From Macrostomum lignano (taxonomy: Eukaryota), in assembly GCA_002269645.1 (NCBI GenBank), contig NIVC01002749.1, positions 1 through 42,329 on the forward strand: a stretch of DNA of 42,329 nt. The letters are read 5' to 3'. The notes beneath the pieces were generated by a model. It saw nothing but the letters and a program-made list of their open reading frames with translations, had not been told where the DNA came from and ran no database searches. This document shows positions 34,314 through 42,329 of the stretch, piece after piece. The translations under genes and the position numbers were made by a program. Position 1 is the first letter of the stretch; every line of letters begins with the position of its first letter.

Positions 34314-37064
34314 GGGTGTGTATAAAAGCTGGCACTGGCACATTGGACACATTGGACACCCCTTTTTATAACAAAATTAGATATGAAAATGCAGAATAAA
34401 CTTGCGGAGATACTTTTAAATAATTTAAAAAATTGATAATAATAGAAATGACATCCTTGCTTTCGTGATAGATGATTTGTTAAATATTCTTTGTATTATC
34501 GTTTTTTGTACATGTTTAATTTGGCATTCGATTTTTTAAAATAATCGCACATGCAAAAACTGCAGCTTGCAATGCATTACACTGTGATTTTACTACCCCG
34601 AAGGTTCTGTACTACAGGCGTACCGATTTAATGCTAAATATGCCTGATATATGAAATGATCAAACTAATAGTCAGAACTCAATTTTCCATAAAATGATGA
34701 AGCATTCTGCTCTTATCAAAAAACCACAACTTATTTTGTTAGGATTACTTCATGAAGAACGAACTTTGGATATTCCAAATTGCAAGTATTTCTATATTAA
34801 AAAAGTTAATACATTGGCAGATTATTTGATGAAAAAATTGCACCCAAAAAGTTTTTTTTACTTTGTAAGATGATGATTAAATTAATAATTTCCAAGCTTC
34901 TTCTTTTATTAGTTCAATTACTTTTTGTATGATTTCAACCAACAAAAAAAGGAATAGCTACTCAGTGAAAGTTCAAATTACAGTCTCTTCTTTATATACA
35001 ATCCTTTTAAGAAAACATTATTATGAATAATTTGCCAAGTCATGATATTTAAGAAATTGTGCTAATCATTTAAATTATGAGTTAAAAATGCAAGCATATA
35101 AGTAAAAAATCTACCTCACAGACCAAGAAGTCTTTTTACTGAAAGTTTATATGTGACGCTTTGAAAAAACAACATATAAACCATCTTCACATAACATTTA
35201 TTGTCATTTATTTCAGACCTAAATCCTTTAGCACATAAATATTCTGCACGTATGTTGCAGGGTATACTTCCTTCTTCTAAAATCCTACAAATGCCACAAA
35301 GTTTTAATAGGCAAATTTATTCGTATTGTTTATATTAATATTTCTATATTTATGAGAAGTTTTCCAATAAGAACAAGTTCCCAATCAGTAAAACACTATA
35401 TTTTAATTCTAATGTCCAAAATTATGGCATTCTAAGGGACCAAGTGATAGGTTTTAAGCTACTATTAGCACCTGCATGATTTATTTATTTAATACCTACA
35501 CATTCCTTAATGTCTATAGTTCGTCTAATTGCCTAATTGCTAACCCTAATTCTAGCCTTCTTGGCTTACAAGTTTGAGTCTTCACAGCATATTATTCAAT
35601 TCAAGCCCTACTAATTTTATTAGCCTCTCTTAATTTTATAAAATAATAATTTTCTTTAGTGTAACTGCTCCAAAAATTTCAACTTTAATTTAAGTGGTGT
35701 GCCGAAACACCACTTGCACCATTACAGCCGTCTATAATTTTTTGTGCTAATTGGTTGACCACTTTCAATAATTTTCTTGGGTCAAGAGTGTGATATATGC
35801 ATATTGCAGCATGAATTTTTTAAAGAATCCCTAATTTTATACAAGGAATCATATATATTTATAGAAAGTTAGCTCTTAGAGTAGAGATAAAGTACATAAG
35901 ACTATTAATAGCAACTTTTCATACAATTGCTTATGGTAATGATTTCTATTGTTATAAAGTTACAAATAAATAAAAAGTTACATTGCATTTAAACTGTACT
36001 TTATGAGTTGTAAGCCTTTCAACTCAGAGTGCACTTCAATTGCTTTAATATACATTGCTAGATGTTATTTAGCATTTCTTTGTTATTTATCATTTAACTC
36101 ATTGCATTGTTTAATTGCTAATTTCATTTGCTCAGCTGCAATATTTATTACTTTTTTATTAATGCCAATGTTTGTAATACTTTTTCTCCCCATTTTTAGT
36201 GTTTGTGGTATTCTTTTGTCAAATTTTAATTTTCCGCTGTATCTATCTTTACAAAAAATTGTACCTGTAAACTTATGGTTTTTTGCTTACAATGGTGCTG
36301 TACTAAATTATATTTATTTCCTTGTTAGATTCTCTAAATTGAAAAAGTAATGCACTGCTTTATTATCATGCATATTGAATATTAAGGATAGTTAGTATTC
36401 CTTCCTTGAAAAAGATTCTAGAGTTGGATTCTATTTGATAAGAGAATAAATAATTTATTGAGTTTAAATGTTTTTAAAACATTAATTAATTGCATTTTGA
36501 TGGAAATCACAACTTAAAAAAATTATTCGTTTTTTTATTTAAGACACGGGGGATTTTAAAAATCCATATTAACAGCAAATCAAACATTATGGGAGAGAGA
36601 GAGAGAAGGATTAGATTCACTTTCACCATTGCTGTTGATTTATGGAAAGGCAGTAAACAAGCCAGAGCAGCTGCAAATAGTCAAATATGCCATGTCCGGC
36701 AATAAAATTCTGCAACTAGTCTGCTGCTCACTTTTTCCAACGTTTATTGAGGACAAGAAACGGCATTTAATGTTTCTATGTTTTCTGTAAGTGCACCAAC
36801 TAGGTAAATGAAAATGACGTACCGAAAGTAGTTCGACAATAAAGCAAGTTAAGAAATGAATTTAAATGTAGAATAAAACTTGTTGATACTACCAATCTCA
36901 TGGTTGTTAGAAGTATATGAAAAAGTGCAATTATAAATAAATATTTACATTTTTATTCGAAAGCCAAAGTATATTTATTCAAGCAAAACAACGATCAAAA
37001 CTCGATTTTTGTTAACATAAGGGGTGTCCAATGTGCCAATGGTGCCCTGCTTTTATACAGACCC
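34314..37064. mobile_element. Non-autonomous TIR DNA transposon, Mutator/MULE-like, 2.75 kb, AT-rich
   Basis: Left TIR GGGTGTGTATAAAAGCTGGCACTGGCACATTGGACAC.. matches the reverse complement of the right end, GGGTCTGTATAAAAGCAGGGCACCATTGGCACATTGGACACCCC. A perfect 10-bp TSD, CCGTAGGGGC, lies at 34304-34313 and 37065-37074. No transposase ORF. The superfamily is inferred from TSD length and G-start TIRs. Confidence 0.85.
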
Positions 37065-38788
37065 CCGTAGGGGCAAACTTAGGGCGGCCCACTGGACTAG
37101 CCACACAACGCGATCCCGCGCGGTCGTTTCGAAGCCACAGTCCCGTCAGCAGACTGACACATATGTAAACTAATGAAAATGCAATACTCTTAATAGCTTC
37201 TGCAAGGACCGCTGTAGCATAATATACAGCAGCGTAAAAATCAAAGATCGTGTAATTTTTTTAGGTTAATTTCCTGGAAATATACCAACCTACACTATTG
37301 AGATAGGAAAAAATCTTTTTTTCATCACAAAATCTATAATTGCATTTGATCTGAAGCAGTGAAGATTAGGCCTACCATTTTTTTAAATTTAGCTTGTACA
37401 GCATGTTACTCTGCTGTATTTTTTGCAGTGAAAGTTTCACCACATTGACACATTGTTTATTTTATTTTATAAGCCCAAGGCCAAGGCAAACTCTCAGTCT
37501 TCTTAAATCTCAAGTGGCATTAGCTGAAATTTTTGCTTTGTTCTTTCTTGAATAAAGCATATTTGTGCCACAGAAGATGCCAGACCTAATCATTGAATGT
37601 TAATTTAGACATAGGCATTATCATAGGGGGTTATCTCTTATAATATAATTATTAAAAAAGCAAAAACTAGGCTATCATTGTCTGGCAAGTGGCAATCAAA
37701 GCCAAAGGGCATGCTTGGAGGGCCTCAACTGAAAAAAATTGATGATATGATAAACTAAAAATTAATTAATTAGAACTTAAAACTAAAAGTTCTAATTAGG
37801 GTTTTAAAAAGACAGCTATATATTTATAATCTTAACTAGGCCCTAGGCCCTTAGTTTTTTTAAATTGCTTGTCTTTATCCTATATTTGTTTAAGTTAGCA
37901 TAATTAACCATAACTAGGCCAGCAACTAGACAATAGTTTTATCTAGAATGCATATTTGTTGGCCAATATATAATAATAAGAAAAAGATATATTTTTTGTT
38001 GGCTTATTATTTTATTTAATTAGGCCTAATTAATATAGGGTATAGGGCCTAGGGCCTAATGCATATTTTTTATATTGCTTGCTATTCAATCAATAAAATA
38101 AGTTATATATTTTTTGTTTCAATTTTCCATGTTTTTGTTTTATTCGTTTTATTACTTTATATTACACATATATAATTACATTTATGCCTAATACCTGACC
38201 AAGGTAAGTTGCAAAAATTTAAAAAATTAAAAATTTACAAAATAGTAAATGTTAAGAAGTGGAAAAGAAAAAGGGCAGAAAAGGAAAGAAAAAAATGAAG
38301 AAAAATATAGGGAAAGAAGCAAAAACATACCATGTTATAGCTAAAGCCAGAGGCAACTAAATTGCATTTTTTGGCAAAACTAAGTTGCATTAACTAGGTA
38401 AATTTTGAAGTTTGGCATGCTTGTCTTTTTACATTGTCATTGTTTGTTCTTGGTTAATTTTTGTGATATACTTACATTGACAACTAGCGGAATGGGCGAC
38501 CCTCGCCTCCCCGCTGTGTCTACGGACCACCCTTACATTGACGACACCTTAAGTAATATATTATTCATATATAGTATAGGGTAGAGCCTAGATTTAACTC
38601 AAACAGGGCATAATATTATCAAGTATTTTTGGTAACTTGTCATATATCTACTTGTTTTTTAGCAAAATATTATATAATGAAGTAGGCCTATATATAGGAA
38701 GATAAATTATTAGGATTAAGATATTAATAATAATTAACAATACAAAACTCTTATATGTAAATAAATTCCTAGACAATTATACTATATA

Positions 38789-39634
38789 TTTGAGTGAGCC
38801 AAAAGTTTCTAAAATCTTTTTGAATCCAACCTCAGTTAACTTTTGTATATGGAAAAGCTTAAAAGCAGCAACCATCTACTATGTTGTTAAATAGCCTAAT
38901 CATCATTCTTTAGCTTAGCATTGCTCAGTTTCACTTGACTTAGCTGCAAGGAGGCTCCGTGCATCCAGAAACAGTGAGGAGGCATTGCCGCCCATTTTGC
39001 TAACCCCTGGCGACCACGGGTAGCTAGTGCTATGGTGTCGTGCAGGGAGTTCCAGTGGCGCTGGCATCCGCAGCATGGTCCCCCTCCGGAGAGTCCAGGA
39101 GGTGGATTGTCACTCGCCCGGTAGCTGTCTGGCCCTATTTTCTGGGAGGTCATCCCACATGGCATGGCTGTAAACACAGAGGTCATCTGCAGCAAACTGG
39201 AGTAGGTTGCCCATTTGCTGCAATCCGTGTACCTGGGGCTCTGTGACAAGGTGCTTCTGTTTGACAATGCACAACCTCACAAAGCAAGACTCACCTAAGC
39301 CAAGCTGGCAAGCATGGGCTTCAGTGTTTTATCCCATCTACTATACTTGCTAGACCTCTTGCCATGTGACTACCACGTGTTTAGGTCCCTCTAGAGCTTT
39401 TGCAATAGACAGTGGTTCACCAGCAAGCAACATGTAGAGCAGGCAATGTAGAAATGGATAGATTCAAGGCTTGCAAGCTTCTAGAGGGAGGGGATTGAGG
39501 CATTGCCAGCAAGATGGGAAAGGGCCAGGGCCTTGAATGGCAACTACATCACATCACTGTAAACTGTTTTTTCTTGAGACTATTTGTTACAGTTTTCAAA
39601 TGTTTAAATCCTAGAAACTTTTGGCTCACCTAAT
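38789..39634 (+). mobile_element. Decayed, deleted mariner element (~850 bp)
   Basis: TIRs TTTGAGTGAGCCAAAAGTTTCTA and the reverse complement of TAGAAACTTTTTGGCTCACCTAA, flanked by TA. 39260-39563 translates with stops to DNAQPHKA..LSH....DLLPCDYHVFRSL..GIEALPARWE..NGNY, a mariner transposase C-terminus. Confidence 0.8.
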
Positions 39635-39647
39635 ATAATATGTAGTA

Positions 39648-40979
39648 CGAGGGGTGCGCAAAAAGTTTCGGCAACTGGGTTCCCAATTGCAGATAAATTG
39701 TTAGTAAATCTTAAAACGTTATCAAAGTCCTTCAATGTAATCTCCGCCACGTTCTATGCATTTCTGGTGACGGCGGATCCATGCCTCGAAGGCAGCGCAG
39801 TACTCTGAAGCTGGCATGGTGTTCAGCTCTAAATTAATGTGGCGAGCCAGGTCTTGGGGCTGCTGAAAATGGCATCCAGCCATGCGTTCGGTCAGCTTCG
39901 GGAATGCCCAGAAGTCGCAGGGTGCCAAATCAGGACTGTACGGAGGGTGCGGTATCACTTTGAGCTTGTTATTGGCCAAAAAGCTTGTTGTCATGGCCGC
40001 AGTGTGGCTGGAGGCATTGTTGTGGTGCAAGTGAATTCTGCCACTTTGGAGGTGGGTTGGCTGCTTTTCCATGACTGAAGCCACGACTTTAGACAAAACC
40101 TCGCCAGTATAGAACGTGGCATTGACGTTCTGTCCATTTGGCACCATAACAACTGTCTCTGGCCCATTGATGCTGAAAAAGACGATGAACATCTGCTTCC
40201 TTGAGCAAAACCCTGGGCGCAGAACAGTTGGACGGTCTTCATCGGAACCAATCCAAACCTTGTTTTGGTTTTTGTGAGGCACTTGGAAGTAGTAAAACCA
40301 CTTCTCATCACCAGTCACAACATCAGTAAGTTGTTTAGTGCCACCTTTGCCAAAGCATCACAGAAATTCTTGGCTGCATCGAACCCTCTCCTGCTTCTGC
40401 TCTGCTGTCAGTGCATGAGGTACCCAATGGGCCGTGACCTTGCGGAGGCCAAGATGGTCATGCAAGATGGTTTGGACACTGCCATCAGAAATGCCAATTG
40501 TTTGGCTAAGTAGTGCAACAGTGATATTGCGATCTTCGTCCACTAGCTGTCACATAGCAACAATGTTCTGCTCGGTCACAGATGTCATTGGCCTCCCAGA
40601 ACGAGGGCTGTCGGTCATGGAGCATCAACCAGCACTGACCAATTCAATCCAATGGGCGACAGTGCGGTACAAAAGGGGCTTGATCTGCTACAACTTGGAC
40701 TAGCTCGGCATGAATTTTGGTGGCGTTTTCTCCGAGCTGCAATCGCATGAAAACATAAAATCTCCACTGATCAGCAGTGATATTTTCCATTTGAAGGCTG
40801 AAAACGAGACTGTATGTTAATCAAAATGCTCTAGGAAGCGAAAAAATCAATGCAATAAGCTGAAAATTTATGAACAAACGCAAAATATGGTCATATTTAT
40901 GAGATTAAAAAATGGCTACGTTTAAACTTTTATTTAAAAAGTTATGAGCCAGTTGCTAAGACTTTTTGCGCACCCCTTG
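39648..40979 (-). mobile_element. Full-length (1332 bp) but inactive mariner (DD34D-type) element
   Basis: 31-bp TIRs CGAGGGGTGCGCAAAAAGTTTCGGCAACTGG and CAAGGGGTGCGCAAAAAGTCTTAGCAACTGG, with TA TSDs at 39646-47 and 40980-81. Confidence 0.95.
39722..40790 (-). pseudogene. Mariner transposase pseudogene
   Basis: Starts MENITADQWRFYV. Motifs RSGRP, HWVPHALT, TGDEKWFYY and HPPYSPDLAPCDFWAF. It has one early frameshift and several TGA stops, and the second catalytic Asp is lost (HNNA instead of HDNA). Confidence 0.9.
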
Positions 40980-42329
40980 TATGAAGCCAGCTATAAATAT
41001 TATTGTTAGTGCCATTGTGCTATGCATATAATTCTCAATCCTTTAGTCTATTCACTAGACTTCCCCCCTAGTCTATCTAATAGACACCCCCTTAAAATAT
41101 TAGTATAATATATAATGTATGTATGATCTGCATCCATAGAACAATAGAACATAGTGGGGACTATATATTAGAGGTAGGCCTATGATTTTGATTCTGAATC
41201 TATAATTTCTAGATTTTTAATTCCTAACATCCTAAAAAATCCTAGGATTATTAGGATCCCAATCTTATCCAATCCTAAAATATTTGACATTGTCTCATCT
41301 ATATATTAATTCATAGATAAATATTCTAATCTCATTCTTATATTTTCAAAAAATGATCAATCTAACCTCTATAAGATATTGTCCTATCCCTAGCTAAGGA
41401 ATGCAAAATTAATTATATAAGCTGTTGATCTGCCTTGAAGTATAGCAAACATAATTTGTATTATAATTATCTAAAGAACAACATCTTTGTAGTTTATTTT
41501 AATAAGAAATACCTTTCAGTTAAAAAGAAATATCTTATCTTTTATCCCTATTAATTTAGAGCTATTTTAAGTGGTCTCTTCTATGATATAGTGTTTACAT
41601 TGACATAAAATCTAATTTTAGATTATCACAAGATTTAAATCATGGCATATTTTATTAATGTGTTAAATATCATTAAATGACATAAAATATGCTTTAAAAC
41701 TCAAACTATAAATTTACATAGTGTTACTATTATTGGCATTTTAAATTTCAGACCCTGATGCCAATGACATTATAATTTAATGGCAATCTATAAAGGGGAT
41801 ATGATTTATGAATTTCAGTCATAGCCAAAAAAAATCTAGTTAAAGGTGCACTAAGGACAAATACACCACCTTTAAAATGCATGAGCAAAAATGCAAACCT
41901 GACAACCAAATAGTAAAGTCTCAAAACTGTAATTATAGTGAATGCAAATATCAAGCAATACAATCTGTAAAGTCAAACATTTTGTCATTTGTCATTTTCA
42001 GTAAATCACTGAGCCTGCTTCAGAAAATACAAAATTATTTACCATCAGTGGAGATGCTAATTGTAAGTGCTATTCCATATTTACATATAATTTTCAATAT
42101 TGCCATTGTGAACCTGCTTGCACCAGAAATCTCAAACAAAAGCATATTGAGCTACTTATAGTAGTTCCATTAAGTTGAGCCAGCCCTAGCCTAGACTCCA
42201 ATTCTCCAAAAACTGGCATTGCAATTCGCAGAAAAACCTCAGCCCGAATCCGGCCAACCCAGTCTACCTGGTGGAGTTCTGCAGCACCCGCCTGCTGCTG
42301 GACTGCCCGCTGGACTTTGGCCCCTGCTG

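Noticed and set aside
36003-36350. 115-aa hydrophobic ORF inside the Mutator-like element
   Set aside because: Typical T-rich chance ORF with no recognisable motif.
38484-38516. ACTAGCGGAATGGGCGACCCTCGCCTCCCCGCTG hairpin, partly echoed at ~7792
   Set aside because: Could be a Helitron/MITE terminus, but the shared match is only ~15 bp and no second end was found.

Overview
Eukaryotic (invertebrate animal) genomic DNA with short (~75-100 nt) spliceosomal introns, many tandem repeats and transposon relics. The style resembles the flatworm Macrostomum, but that is an impression and was not verified. Left to right: a membrane adenylyl-cyclase-like gene (minus strand, runs off the left edge); a GACTC-dense degenerate repeat; a four-EF-hand calmodulin-like gene, probably carrying a 5-aa-repeat N-terminal exon, with an 11-bp satellite in an intron; an almost intronless Vav-like RhoGEF; a secreted PAN/apple + LamG-like gene with a tRNA-derived SINE in its intron; 45-bp and 12-bp tandem arrays abutting a decayed Ty3/gypsy pol; a pseudogenised PAN-LamG paralog; two tandem, divergent GABA-B-like class C GPCR genes with very short C-tails; and an AT-rich transposon zone (2.75-kb Mutator-like element with a 10-bp TSD, and two mariner elements). 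Four otherwise intact coding regions each carry a single-base indel in a homopolymer, which looks like long-read assembly error rather than decay. Exon boundaries were read by eye and need RNA-seq confirmation. No CRISPR, rRNA or true tRNA gene was found.
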